Below, in pieces: positions 26,541-39,128 of a stretch of 64,000 nucleotides of DNA. Numbering within the stretch: position 1 is the first letter of the stretch; each line of letters opens with the position of its first letter. The position numbers and the translations under genes are program-made. The stretch lies in the NCBI GenBank assembly GCA_047495785.1, contig JBLDXI010000016.1, forward strand, positions 992,001-1,056,000, written 5' to 3'. This DNA comes from Lepidodermella squamata (lineage: Eukaryota; Animalia; Gastrotricha). Under the pieces are notes generated by a model that searched no databases, was not told where the DNA came from, and saw only the letters and a program-made list of their open reading frames with translations.

Positions 26541-26919
26541 GATCAACCCGGTAAACTTCTGAGAAGTAAGTAAGTAAGCTTTGAACATGAATGACATGGC
26601 CAATCTGCCAATTTTCAATTTAAGATCTTAATTTTCATGACCTATTTATTCGGGCTGGAAAAGGTAGCCCTATTACATAAGGACTATATCAATTTTCGCA
26701 ATGAATGAATGAAATTATATTCTAGGTTTTTATTTATACTTACTTCAAGTATCTTTGAATTTTCCCGGATTTAAGAATTTGAATCATTTAAAAGCTAAAA
26801 TTATTTATTCAAAAATTATCAAGACATTAGGATATGTTTGTGTAAAAAATAAAAAAATAGGCTCAGTATTAGAAGTGAAGTTCAAGTTGAGGCTGTTAAT
26901 TGATCATTTTTAATTCCAG

Positions 26920-29877
26920 GTGACAATGGTAGCCCGATACGAGGGATACGAGATCAGCTTTTCGAAAATAACAAAGGTCCCGTCTTCATCTACTCCGAAT
27001 CGTCGTCGCAATTCATCGATACCAACGAAAACGTGATCGCCTTCACAACGGCCGCCGTTCCAGTGGTCCCGAAATCAGCAGCTCTCGCCGCTGCCGCCCC
27101 ATCGCCTCATCGATCGAGCAGCGCCGTTGTTGTACCAGCGCAACATCGCAACGATCAAATCTCGCCAAGCAATGCCCCTATGGTCCCTGTTTTTCGATCA
27201 TCTAACAATTATTTCAACCCATTCAGCTTCAATTCAGTCGTTAGCCGGCCGATACCCTTCACCTATCACCCTAATTTCATGCCAACTGAGGCGAGTTTCC
27301 TGCCGAAGAAAATCGTGGCCGAAGCGCAGACTCGCGACGTTTTCCAACTTCGCCAAGCTAACCCAGTCAACGTACCAGACCCGGCAACCTCGACAATAAT
27401 CACCCCGTCCGGCGTGCAAATACCCGTTCATCACATGAAATCACTCAACCGGAACGACCAACTTACTGGCCACGAAACAAATTCCCTCATCTTCGGCCCG
27501 CTGCCGTCTACGATAAGCGTTTGCCCGCAAGATTTCCTGTGCTGTGAAGAAGGAGCTGTCTATCGAAATCACTACAACATTTTACAATGTTGCGGCGTTG
27601 AATCGTTCGATAACAGGTATGAAGCGTGTGTAGCAGGCGGTGTGGCGCCCTTGAAAGAGGGCATGCCTCGCTTGACACCAGCAGCTCGCCTTCAGCAAGT
27701 TTTCTGCGGTCCGGATAACGAGTTGTACTTTGCGCCAACTCTCTACCGATGCTGCAACGGGACCTTTTACGATTCATCGAAATTTCGCTGCTCTGAGTCC
27801 GGAAAAATGGTTAGATTTACATTGTTCTCGACAGTTTAAACATTCAACCAACCGGGTAAAAAAAATTGGAAATGTTTTAATTTTATATCAGAATTTAAAT
27901 TTCAAATTTCAAATTATTTCAAAACTTGACACTGAGCATAAACTATAATTTATATTTGAAGTGCGCTACTGCGAAAAGCATGCAATATAACAATTGCGGC
28001 AATTCATGTGGATTTTTTTCAAATTAATCAGAAATGTCCCGAAAAGCTTGAAAAGGCATTATTGGGTGAATTGTTAATTAAAATGTTAGTTCCAAAACGG
28101 GAATTCGGTTCCTATAAAATGTTGATCCAATGAAGTTTTTTAATTAATAATTAATTAGTCTAACAATTTTTCAATTTTTTAGAAGCTTTTTTTAATTTTT
28201 CACATTTTAATTTTAATTTTAATTTTAAAATATTTCTTTTAGACGACCAAGATTATCGCAACGACCACACCTGAGATGACTACTACAACGGCTGAGCCAA
28301 CTACCGCAATAATGTTGCTATCAACACGAAAAACGCGCCGAGTTGCGTCTCAAAGGCCGAAAAATTCCGAAATGGTGAACTCCTCTGAAAATCCGAGTCG
28401 GCGAAAGGGACGCTATCCGCACCACAGCCATGCGAGGCGGTTTCCGCACGGGCTAGATGCGAAATCGCGCCGAGTGGCCTCGGTTCAGAGTGAGGTTGGA
28501 GCGGTTAATAAAACGCGCGGCAAACGCGAGTACATTGTGTGCGAAATGTATCGCTATCCTATTACGTATCGAGGCCTTCGAACGTGGGGCTGCTGTGGAC
28601 AGCAGTTGTTCAACTATAAAATGGTAAATTTTAATACAAAAATCGCAAATTTCCACAATTCTGTTAATTGATAAATCCTACATCCCAACTTTTTCCATTT
28701 TCATGACAGAGTATAGGGGACTTTATTTGTTGCCGGATTTCTCAAAGCTGTCTGAAGACTGGGAATGCAAATTTAGCAACTCTGTAGACTCGCTATACCC
28801 TGATCAGTTTTATATAAAAAATATCAAGCTCAAGTTTTGTGTTGTAGAAATTAGTTCATCCTCATTAATTCGTTCTTTCTCGGGTCTGAGGTTAGAAAGG
28901 AGAATATTCTCGCAAAATATTTCAGCCTAAAATTCCTAATTCCCTTATTACTGATGCTCGAAATATACTATTTATGATGGAAATTGCGCATTTTTCAAAT
29001 GAATGAATGGTGTACAAAGTGCGCAATAACACATTTTCGCTCGTTAAGTCGACCTAATTTTCGAATCTAGATCGATGGAAGCTGCATGAAGGTCCCGCAA
29101 CTTTGATGGCTTTACAGGGCGCTATTCTTTAAAACGGAGACATCGGAATAGCGTCGAAAATGAATTTTTTCTCTCACTCTTTTCATTTGATCTTGGCGTA
29201 AATTTCATTTTTTCTAACTCGAGACTGATGGCTATTGTTTAAGGTGATAGCTATTGCTTGTTTTTCGCCATATTCGCATCATTTTTCCAACCGGCCGAGT
29301 TCAAAGTTTTACGATAACTCTATCTTCAGCTCAATCCGTCGACCCAGTTAATTTTTCTCATATTTTATCAAGCTAATTTTTCACTGTTTTCGCGCGAATT
29401 TTTTGAATTTTTACTTATTTTTAGTTCGCTGTAGCGCATTTTAACCATTAAAATTGTGATCCTACTCGCGGTAATTATTGTTTTTGTTTGTCTTCTTTTA
29501 CAAGGAAAATTGCACCGAAGGTGAGATAGTAAAAACATCCTATTCGCAAAAGTTACAACGTCCGCCGGGCGAACTCATGGTCTACTGTTCCGGAGGCATC
29601 CAGCACTGGATAGACCCGGCCAACCTCATGCAGGTATTATTAAAAATGCTCGATTTTTATCAACCCTTAATTTAACATTTTTTAGACACGTTGTTGCGGA
29701 TCCAAGCTGTGCCCAAGGCTTGGCAAAGTTCCAGAATCAGAGATCAGCCTAAATGACCCGATGGTGATTGAAAATAATACTGAAATTGACAAAATCTCGG
29801 ATGAATCTGACTACGAAATCACTGACGGCGATTTATCAGACGATGATGAGTGGAAAAGAAAACTGAAAGTGCTGTGA
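26920..29877 (+). CDS. Galaxin-like Cys-Cys repeat protein, paralog 2 (5' exon not resolved)
   Basis: Exons about 26920-27809, 28243-28623, 29504-29632 and 29686-29877. Same FLCC/LQCCG/RCCNGTFYD/WGCCGQQ/GELMVYC/RCCG blocks as paralogs 1 and 3. Confidence 0.75.
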
Positions 29878-31086
29878 ATGATGGCCGAAATTTACTCGTC
29901 AAATACTGTGTAAAATATTTTTTTTTGTAAATTTTTTTCCCGAAGTTCATCATGACAATGTATAGCAAAAACTGGCTTGAAATAAATTTGGTATTAAATG
30001 ACGCGAATTAATAATTTTTGGCAGTTTGGGTGCGAAAAAAACTCGATTTTTTGTCTTCAAAGTCGCCGGCCGGTATTTAGCTTGTAAACCAGGGATGATA
30101 GCTGCAAAAAGGTCAGGCAAACCGCATGCATTTAGAAGTTTATATCAATTATATGAGCCGGGCGCCTAGACGCCTATTTTTTTTTCGCACACTCATACGT
30201 GCGCAGTCGGAAGACAGCTACTGATGAAGCGATGTGTAAACAAAAAATAACCCGGTGGACACTTAATTATAATTATTATTATCACAGCTATTATCTGGGC
30301 TTTGGTCGCCTCGAGAAGCGTGTTGCATTTTTATATAGCTATCGCGGCTAAAATAAAAATCCGTTTTTAAACGTATTTTCACATTTTAAAAATGCTTCGA
30401 ATTTTTCTCTTCAAAAATATTTATTGGGGCAAATGTAACTAGAGCATTTTTTCATTTACATTATCTGTGCACTTGTGCTGTGAAGCGTTTCATCTTTTTT
30501 TATTTATCTTTGTTTGTTTCGTTGTTTGTTTCGTTGCCGCGTCGTGTGTTTTGCCTAGAGAAATAATGGCTTTATTTATGACGATCGAAATCGACCCCGG
30601 CTGCATTATAGCCGCGTCGGATTATTATTACCACACAGGCTCATCATTAATGCTATCTCTCACAGCACACGCGCGCGACCTGGGCCCGCGAAACCTACTA
30701 ATTAGATGAGCAACGCGGCGAAATGTGACACGACCTGGCCGAACACAGAGCCGCCGTCGGCTAACCTCAGTCTAGGCCTGAAATTTCTTGCCTTCTTTGT
30801 GTCCGCTTTGTTTATTTGTTTGAAAGTTTGGTGCGCTGGTGATTAAGATAATAAAGATGCGCGAGTGTGTGCGCGGATGTCTCTGTTTCGTTCGTCGCGC
30901 GGCGTCGATTACTGCGATATACCTGCCGGCCGGAAGCGCAACCAACACAAAAGGAGCCCTCAGGCAGCAGGTTGCCACTGCCGCTTTTATTTTGAGCTCA
31001 TGTCGCTAATCTAATGATGAGCTTAAAACAATCATAGCGTCGTTGTCTCACCTTAAAATAGGCTCAAATAATGCAATAGGCCGACG

Positions 31087-31093
31087 TATAAAT
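31087..31093 (+). promoter_or_regulatory. Putative TATA box of galaxin-like paralog 3
   Basis: TATAAAT followed by a pyrimidine-rich non-coding exon ending at the donor AAG|GTAAGG (~31281). Confidence 0.4.
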
Positions 31094-31981
31094 GCCAGCT
31101 TAAAGGCTTCATTTCGCTCATTTTAGCCATTATTTTGCCCGAGAAATTTTTCACGTTCGTCAGTTAGTCATTTTCATTTGCTCAATTTTAGTCTTCTTCA
31201 CCACTCGCTCATTTTATTACCATCGTCTCAAATCTACCTAGCTACTTAGTATTAACTGGCCGTCTCATCGCCGCTGCCAAGGTAAGGGCGCGATTCGGTT
31301 TTTATCATCTAGCAACTGCTACCCTGGAAGCTTTATAGCCGGGGCGCGAGTGTCATTGCTTTTTTGCTGTCCTCGCTGCTGTTAGTTGATAAAATAGTTA
31401 ACTGTAATAAAACTGCTGATGATAGCGATGATGATGATGATGGTCAGCACACGCGCGGGCTCGCTCATCTACCTACCGCCTCGTTGCCGCATCGCAGCGT
31501 GTGGTCGGCATAAAAAGTCTCAGACCCGGCGACCGACGCCTGGCAAAACGATAATGACCGGCCAGTGGCAACTATACTAACCTAACGGCGGCGCGCGCAT
31601 TTTCTTCGGCCCCTAACACACGTTCACATAACACATGTGTCTATGTGCATGTGTCTACGTGTGCGCGCTTGTGAAAAAACGAGTTTTGTCACGGCGCGCG
31701 CGCATAGCTATACAAAACAAGAAGCTGCTGCTCACTTGAAGCCCGGCTTGGTAATCATCAAAAAAATAATGACACCTTTTATGCCATGCGCGCGCGCTTT
31801 TATCTCGCATGTCAAATAATAACAATCGTTTATTACTTTGTTTTTACGATTATTGCGCGCGCATCCTCTCCAACTGCGCGCATTGCCATTAAAAACAACA
31901 ATCGGTTTGGTAAGAAGTAAAATTTTCTTATAACCCAACTATAGGACGAGGTTAAAATCAAAAGAAGTCGCGAGCAATACA

Positions 31982-33040
31982 ATGATCCGGGAACTTATCG
32001 TCGCCGCCGTCCTTATCGGCGCCTGCTCTGCTCAAAACAACGGTAAGTCTTATTGATTCCTTACTAAATCGTTGAATTTCTCTCACGTTGATAGCTGATA
32101 ACACAGCCCAGTCATCAGATGACGGCACCATCCCGTTCTTGTCGCGTTTCCTCCGGCCTTCGAACCCGAGCAACTTCGCCAACCCCGCTCAGCCCGCCGT
32201 CCAAGCTGCCCAAGCCGCTGTCCAGCAGGCCGTTCAGAACCCGGTCCAAAACGCCGTTCAGTCGAGCGTGTCCTCCATCCTGCCAGCCCCGACTGCCTCG
32301 AACGTCTACGGCCCGGTCGAGACCAACTGGTCGACGTGCCCGCTCGGCTTCCTGTGCTGCCAACAATCCGTCTACAAGGACACTTACAAGCTGTTGGCGT
32401 GCTGCAACGACGACTCGTACGACACGCGCTTCCAGAAGTGCCAGCAGGGCGTCATCCTGCCATTGGTCGCCGGCATGCCAACCCCGACCCCGGCCGAGCG
32501 TCTGATCCGCATCAACTGCGGCGGCTACTTGTACATCACGACCGACACGCACCGCTGCTGCAACTTCGCCGTCTACGACCCGGACACGCAGATGTGCATC
32601 TCCGGCACCGTTCAGAACCGCCCGTCGCCGCAACAGGCGCCGCTGCCCCTCGGCTCCGTCTACGTCGTGTGTGCCAGCTACCGCTTCTTGTTGTCGACGC
32701 AAGCGACACTCACTTGGGGCTGCTGCGGCCAGCAGTTGTACAACTACAACAGCGAGAACTGCACGTCAGGCATCGTCGACCCGCCACGCTCCGCCAGCCA
32801 GGATGCGCAGGTGCCCAAGGGCGAGCTCATGATCTTCTGCACCGGCAAGCGCCACTGGATCGACCCCGCCAATCTTTACACGGTTAATAAAAAAAAATCC
32901 ACCTTAATTATTTTGATTTTAATAATGTAATGTTTTTTTCGCAGACCCGCTGCTGTGGAACCGAGATCTGCCCTCTGCAATCAGCTCCGACCGTACTGGC
33001 TCCCAACCAAACACCAGTACAGCCGGCGGTGAACCAATAG
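31982..33040 (+). CDS. Galaxin-like secreted Cys-Cys repeat protein, paralog 3 (3 coding exons)
   Basis: Signal peptide MIRELIVAAVLIGACSA; introns 32043-32094 and 32884-32944; CC repeats; very strong C/G-ending codon bias. Confidence 0.8.
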
Positions 33041-34222
33041 CAGCGCTGACCACCATTGTCTAAGGTATGTTCGCGATTGATTGAAATATCGAATGAATTG
33101 CTAATTCCTTTCTTTTTTCATTTCACAGTCAACCCTGGTGGCTTTGCGGAACTGAATGCATGTTGGAATTTTCGATAATTTTGCTCCGTCGTGTTTGGAT
33201 AAATTTCAGGAAAATCATATGAAAACATGTATAATATAGCAGCTATAGATTTACTAATCTCATCTGTTACAAAAATTGTATCGTGTTTAATCGCATCTCT
33301 TCTCATCATTGTGTAATTACGTTTAAAAACAAAAATCAACTCTTATATAATATGTTATAGCCCTACTATTCTCGGTAGTGACGGCCTAAAGCAACTACAA
33401 AAAAACCTAGTTGGTCACCTATGAGTTAATGAGCAAAGCAATACAATTAATAGCGCGATTGTCAGAAACTGATTATAAAACTGTGTTTTATTACCAAAGA
33501 TTTTTAAACGAAAAAATCTCGCGTGTTTATACATTGAGAAAAGAAAAACTGAAAAAGCAAACTTTTTGATTGTTATATGATGACGATGATCATCTGAGCA
33601 TCAAAAAAGCCTTTATCATCATCGTTAAAAAATCATCAACAACAGCGAAAAATTGTCAAATTTTGTCATCATCATCATCATCATCATCACATGCACACTT
33701 GCTTTAATAAACTGATCAACAAAGTTTTAAAAAAACGAACATCTCTTTGTTGTTGTTATATTAATGCACCGTAATAAAAAATCAATCAAAAGTCTGACTG
33801 AATGAGTGAATATCATCGGCGTCCAACAGCCTCAAAGGCGTTCACCAGCCATCCAACATGACGATGACAATATTGGTTACTTATACCGCTTCTACTTCTT
33901 TGTGTCGTTTCTGTACGCGTGCTAAATTGTTAACAATAGCAAATAAAACTGCATGTTACTGTTCATTCAACACAAATTCAAAATGACTTTTTTCTTACGA
34001 TATACCTGCTCGAGCGACGGCTGCTGTAACGTTTTCTTTTTTAAATTCGTGGAAATTGAACACCCTGAAGCGCCTTTGGCCTTTGTCTTAGAATATTCAC
34101 CTTAGTTATTTGATGTTATTACGAAACGATAGAGCTTAAAACTCGGCATAATAAATTCAGTGCAACTGTGAGCAACATCATCTGGAAAATTAAGTCTAGA
34201 CTTTCGCAACCGAATTCATCAA

Positions 34223-34304
34223 GGTAGCGTGGCCGAGTGGTCTAAGGCGCTAGATTTAGGCTCTAGTCTCTTCGGAGGCGTGGGTTCGAACCCCACCGCT
34301 GCCA
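34223..34304 (+). tRNA. tRNA-Leu(TAG)
   Basis: Identical to other Leu(TAG) copies. Confidence 0.95.
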
Positions 34305-34373
34305 TCATTTTTTCTTTGAAATTCCTGGAAAATTTGAAAATTATTGTCGAATGGTGAAACTTCTCCTCGGACA

Positions 34374-34445
34374 AGCAGAGTGGCGCAGTGGAAGCGCGCT
34401 GGGCCCATAACCCAGAGGTCTGTAGATCGAAACTACGCTCTGCTA
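34374..34445 (+). tRNA. tRNA-iMet(CAT)
   Basis: Identical to the 22121 copy. Confidence 0.95.
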
Positions 34446-34560
34446 ACTGTCGCAATATTTTTAAAAAGAATTTCGATGAAAAAGGAATAACCAAATGACT
34501 TCAGCATCCACTTATGGTCAAACTGTCAAGTGGGGCCGATCGCGTGGACCTTTGGCCACT

Positions 34561-34719
34561 AAACTTACCTGGCACTGGGATGAACCGAGCTCAGCAAGTC
34601 GGTCGCCCCAGGGCGAGGCGGGCCATTGCACTGCGGTCCGCTGACCCCTGCGCTCTGCCTCATCGGTGGAGTCGGGTGCAAAATATTTCACTTGGGTAAC
34701 GGCGTTCGCGCCACACCCG
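34561..34719 (+). ncRNA. U1: U1 snRNA (variant Sm site)
   Basis: AAACTTACCTGG...ATTGCAC...GCGTTCGCGC; same structure as the 21846 copy. Confidence 0.95.
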
Positions 34720-35261
34720 TAAAATTACAAACAAGTAACTTCAAATCGTGTAGCGTCAATATCTTCCCGACGTTTTTTGAAACCGGCTACTTTTGCGCAT
34801 TCGATGTTTCCGCTCAGATTTAAATTATAGAACATATATTTATCCTAATTATTCATTTGAAATTTGCACCCCGACTTTTGTTTAACGTCAATTTTCGTGA
34901 TTTTATATTTTTTCAATACGGCATTTCCCTTCCAACAGTTGTTCATTAAAAATAATTATTAATTCGAAATGATTTTTCATAATTTCCATGTCGCCAAACA
35001 CTTGCGCACTTATGCCGCGAGGTTATTGCAATCGAGTTGGAAGTTATTAGGTCTTGGGAACTAGCCCGACGAAATCGCGGGTGATAGGTCCACGTCCAAA
35101 GAAGTAGTTCAGCTCCCTTCGCAACGCGTTGTGGCTACATTCAGCCTACACCAGAAAAAAATCAACCTAATCGGCTTTTAGCTTGTGAATTCCCCTCAAT
35201 TAGGGCCTTGGGAGTATCCTAATACACCGATTTTCAAAATGTATCTGAGTTCTTGCTCAAA

Positions 35262-35344
35262 AATGACCCCAATTCATCTACCGAAAGCATGAAATCTGTG
35301 TTGGTATCTGAAATTATGCTTTCGGTAAATGAATTGGGGTGATT
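35262..35344. repeat. Inverted repeat (about 29-bp arms)
   Basis: AATGACCCCAATTCATCTACCGAAAGCAT ... ATGCTTTCGGTAAATGAATTGGGGTGATT. Confidence 0.7.
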
Positions 35345-36357
35345 ATTACTGGTATAAGGATGAGCGCTCTCGCAGAACTTCGACTCTCGGCCAATCGTCA
35401 TCTGATGACCCATGACGAGAACCTTGATCCATTACTTGCTGCCAGTTACAGTCATGCAGGCGCCACGATTGTTCGCCGAGGCAGTGGGTAAAATCAATAT
35501 GACCGGACGGACCCTTTTACTCAACTCATTAGCTTTCATTTGCCACGGGGTTTGCCACGGGTTTGAAATGCTGATTGAATATTTACTTGTCAACCGTCGG
35601 GGATCTACATATTGTCGATAAAAGACTGACGGGGCGATAATGCCGGGTACATTTTGTCGGTTCAAAAATGTCGCAAATAAAAAATATATTCTTAATTAAA
35701 ATGTTAATGCGCAAGTGTCGGTTGGAAAATGTTGAAGAATAAATAATTTTCGATAATGAATTGACGGAGTGAAAAAGTCGGTAAACATAAGTAGCCGGTT
35801 TGCGCAACCGTCGGGAAGATAAGGTCGGTAGACCCTTCAAATCATCGGAACAATAATAACTACCATCGGAACCATTTTACCCATGAAAACCAATGAATTC
35901 ATCGGAAACACCTTTGTTGAAATTCTCTTCATTCCGATGATATAAGACGCTCTTTACTCTTTATTCTCGGCGTTTCCCACGCACTCGGCCTCGGAGGTCA
36001 GGTTTTCTTCTAACGCCAATTTTCAGCTGCCCCGACCTATCGCCCTCAGCCAAACCATAAAAATAGCAGTTTCAACACTTTTAAAACGCCAAGCCAAAAA
36101 GCCAACTACATATTATTTTTTATTAAATTTAAGAATTTTTGAAAAATTGGGGAAATTTGAATTTCGAAATTAGAGATGAGTATCCGATTTGATGATTCCT
36201 CAGAACTTGACCTATAAAAAATTACTTAATTCAAAATTAAAATTCAAAATAATTTCAAATAATTTTAAATAAATGTAACATTTTTAATTGAAGTTTTTGT
36301 CTAGCCGACAACTAAAACATAGAATTTCCCTTCGAAATTTATTTGTAGCATCAAAGT

Positions 36358-37615
36358 TTATTTGTCGAAATTATGGGGAAAAATTGCAAGTGCCCATTTC
36401 GGTTCATCAGCAGCCAGGATCCTACCAGCAGTACCTAAATGCAACCTAGAAACTCGAATCCAACACGAGTAAGCCGTCGGAGTTTGGAAACTGTCATTCG
36501 AAGTTTTGGCGACTCCGAAAACTAGAATTTGATCAGCAGGTTTCTCCGGAATGATGCCCATTGTCACAATGTTTGGAACAATTCTCCTTCGAAAAAGATT
36601 AGGAAGCGGAATCAGGGCCCAATCAACAGCTAGTTCTCGGGCTTGGTTGAAAATCGCGCACCACTTAAATTCATAATCCCCAGCAGTCATGATTCCCATA
36701 AAATTCCTCCTTATGGTGAAATCTTGCCAAAATTGCGGCATAAGCTGTCTAGCCAGGTTATTGATCTGACCAATACGAGGCTCGACGAAATCCCGGCCGA
36801 AGTATTGCCTAATTTCATAACGACCGGGTAGGGCTAATGCGTTTGGCCGTTGGAATGGAGGCGAAAGGCACGTTGACATGAAATTTCCCGTTGTAAATGC
36901 CGCCGCAATAGCGAGGTTGTTTGACCTACTAAACAGCTTTATTGTCATGAATGTTGACGTAATCAAAATGCTCGCATGCGATGTTGAAAGTTTGACCTAA
37001 GCTGCTGTAAACAACACTCTGATAGTTGTTCTTATCCAAAAACAGCCATGTCTGGTTTATGGTTTGTCGACCATGAGGTTCAGCATGCATAATAGAAGGA
37101 TAACGAGGATAGCCAATGAAAAGTGCTTTTTTCTGGTCAGAAAAAAATAATCGACTTGAGGCGATATCTCGCCTTGAACATAGCGGATACGCCGTTTCGC
37201 CCATGTAGCGCTTGATGGCTCTAGCGAAGTCTTCCAATCTAGCGAAAGGGTTGATGACAAAAGTCACCCATGGTACAGATATTTGCTGAATTGCAACGTC
37301 ATAAAACGTGATCGTGCTGTCTGGATCGCCTTGCTGATACGTGAAGTAGGTTTCCGGTTGGAATTCGAAAGCACGGGTGCCGGAGTTGCCAACAGCTATG
37401 ACAGATCTTTTGTAGTATCCGGTTGTTATCATTATTTTATACATAAGCTTAATTGTTCCCATCTCCAAGAAATGATTTGCCGGAATGACTATTTTGGACG
37501 CTTCAACTGTTACCAGGACCTAGAAACGTACCATAGAGATCAGATTAACCTTAACACAACACACCTTTTCACCCATGAAATGTCGCGGCGGATGAATTTG
37601 AGGCCGATTTTCCAT
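36358..37615 (-). CDS. Orphan protein-coding gene or pseudogene with a 1-nt frameshift
   Basis: ATG at 37615; 45-nt intron 37520-37564 in frame with ORF 36929-37468, which overlaps ORF 36358-36966 in another frame. No family recognised. Confidence 0.45.
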
Positions 37616-38213
37616 GATTTGATGAGTTTGAACAAAAGATGATCAACTTTAGCAAAGGTATCCACTGATTAATTCCAATGCTTTATTCAATCAAACATAA
37701 ATAACTTAAGCAATGATAAGTTAAGGCGGATCTTTTGAAAGCTTTGGAAATTTGTAAAACTGAAACTCCGTGTCTATTATCGAATACAGATTACACGTTT
37801 CAAGCTGGCCAGGGGCCAGGTGACTGCCAAGCCCTGTAAAATTCGCAAGAGAAGCCATACTCGCTCCTCATCCTCATTGGGCTAATGAATCCCGCCAAGT
37901 ACCTAAATTTGCCTAAATCGAATTTGACGAATTTGGCCATAAATTTGGTATCAAAAATTGCTCTCAGTGAGAAGATTCCATAAAATATTGTTGCATCTCA
38001 ACATCGGTTACCGTAGATTTTTAATTAATTTTCAAAAAACTAGTAAAATGTACCATTCTTTGATTTTTGAATTCAAGAAAATTCTGGATAAACATTTTTA
38101 AAAGTTATATAAAAATAATTAACGGGCCATGACGTGTAAAATGGGTCATGGCTTGAATTTCCAGCTGGTATACCCGAGGTCAACTTAGTGTTCGGGGTTT
38201 CTGTTGTTATCAA

Positions 38214-38295
38214 GGTAGCGTGGCCGAGTGGTCTAAGGCGCTAGATTTAGGCTCTAGTCTCTTCGGAGGCGTGGGTTCGAACCCCACCGCTGCCA
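38214..38295 (+). tRNA. tRNA-Leu(TAG)
   Basis: Identical to other copies. Confidence 0.95.
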
Positions 38296-38457
38296 TCATT
38301 TTGCCATCGGTCAAGGCGAAGCCGAAACTCGAACTAATTTCAGCAGGCAATGGACAAATATTTGAAGTCATTCATGACTCGGGGTAATTAGGATACAAGT
38401 TTTGTTTATGTTGCAGACAAGTTTATTCAGCCAGCTGGTCAACTGATATTTCAGCCA

Positions 38458-38539
38458 GTCGCTATGCCCGAGTGGTTAAGGGGTCTGACTAGAAATCAGA
38501 TGCGGTCTCCGCGCGTAGGTTCAAATCCTACTGGCGACG
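38458..38539 (+). tRNA. tRNA-Ser(AGA)
   Basis: Identical to the 23793 copy. Confidence 0.95.
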
Positions 38540-38616
38540 AACATTTATGCAAACTGATTGTTAGAAAGCTAAATACCGCAACAGTTGGCTTCAAGAACAG
38601 TCCGCGCTTTCACCAG

Positions 38617-38687
38617 GCGTCAGTGGTGTAACGGTCAGCATGGTTGCCTTCCAAGCAGCCGATCCGGGTTGACTCCCGGCTGACGCA
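38617..38687 (+). pseudogene. tRNA-Gly(TCC) with T-loop C deletion
   Basis: GGGTTGACTCCC instead of GGGTTCGACTCCC; the invariant B-box C is missing. Confidence 0.7.
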
Positions 38688-38775
38688 CACGTTTTTACAG
38701 CACACGCTTGATACTACCAAACGCATTACTACATTAAAGATTGAAGGTGATCTTGCCCTTAACAGTGTTCGAAAA

Positions 38776-38839
38776 GGTCCCATGGTTAGCACTCTGGACT
38801 CTGAATCCAGCGACTCGAGTTCGATTCTCGATGGGACCT
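38776..38839 (+). pseudogene. tRNA-Gln(CTG) pseudogene, 8-nt D-arm deletion
   Basis: CCATGGTTAGC versus intact CCATGGTGTAGCGGTTAGC. Confidence 0.85.
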
Positions 38840-38912
38840 TGATATGTTTTTTTCTAACAAACTTGGGATCCTTGAAGTTACCATGCTGCGAACCTTTTAT
38901 TGTACTAGCCTA

Positions 38913-38984
38913 GGGGGCATAGCTCAGTGGTAGAGCGTCTCATTCGCATTGTGAAGGTCTCGGGTTCAATCCCCGATGCCTCCA
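38913..38984 (+). tRNA. tRNA-Ala(CGC)
   Basis: Identical to the 23356 copy. Confidence 0.9.
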
Positions 38985-39044
38985 GTTGGCCACTTTTTAG
39001 CATTCCTAATCGGTATTTACTGAGAAAAAGTCGGTCAAAAATAG

Positions 39045-39128
39045 TGTCAGAAGTGGGGTTCGAACCCACGCCCTCTTTCGAGGACCAGATCTTGAGTCTG
39101 GCGCCTTAGACCGCTCGGCCATCCTGAC
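39045..39128 (-). tRNA. tRNA-Leu(CAA)
   Basis: Identical to the 23214 copy. Confidence 0.95.

Noticed and set aside
32115-32887. Long antisense and alternative-frame ORFs
   Set aside because: By-product of high GC3 in the galaxin-like exon.
35395-35430. CTGATGA as a hammerhead ribozyme core
   Set aside because: No stem II followed by GAAA and no flanking helices found.
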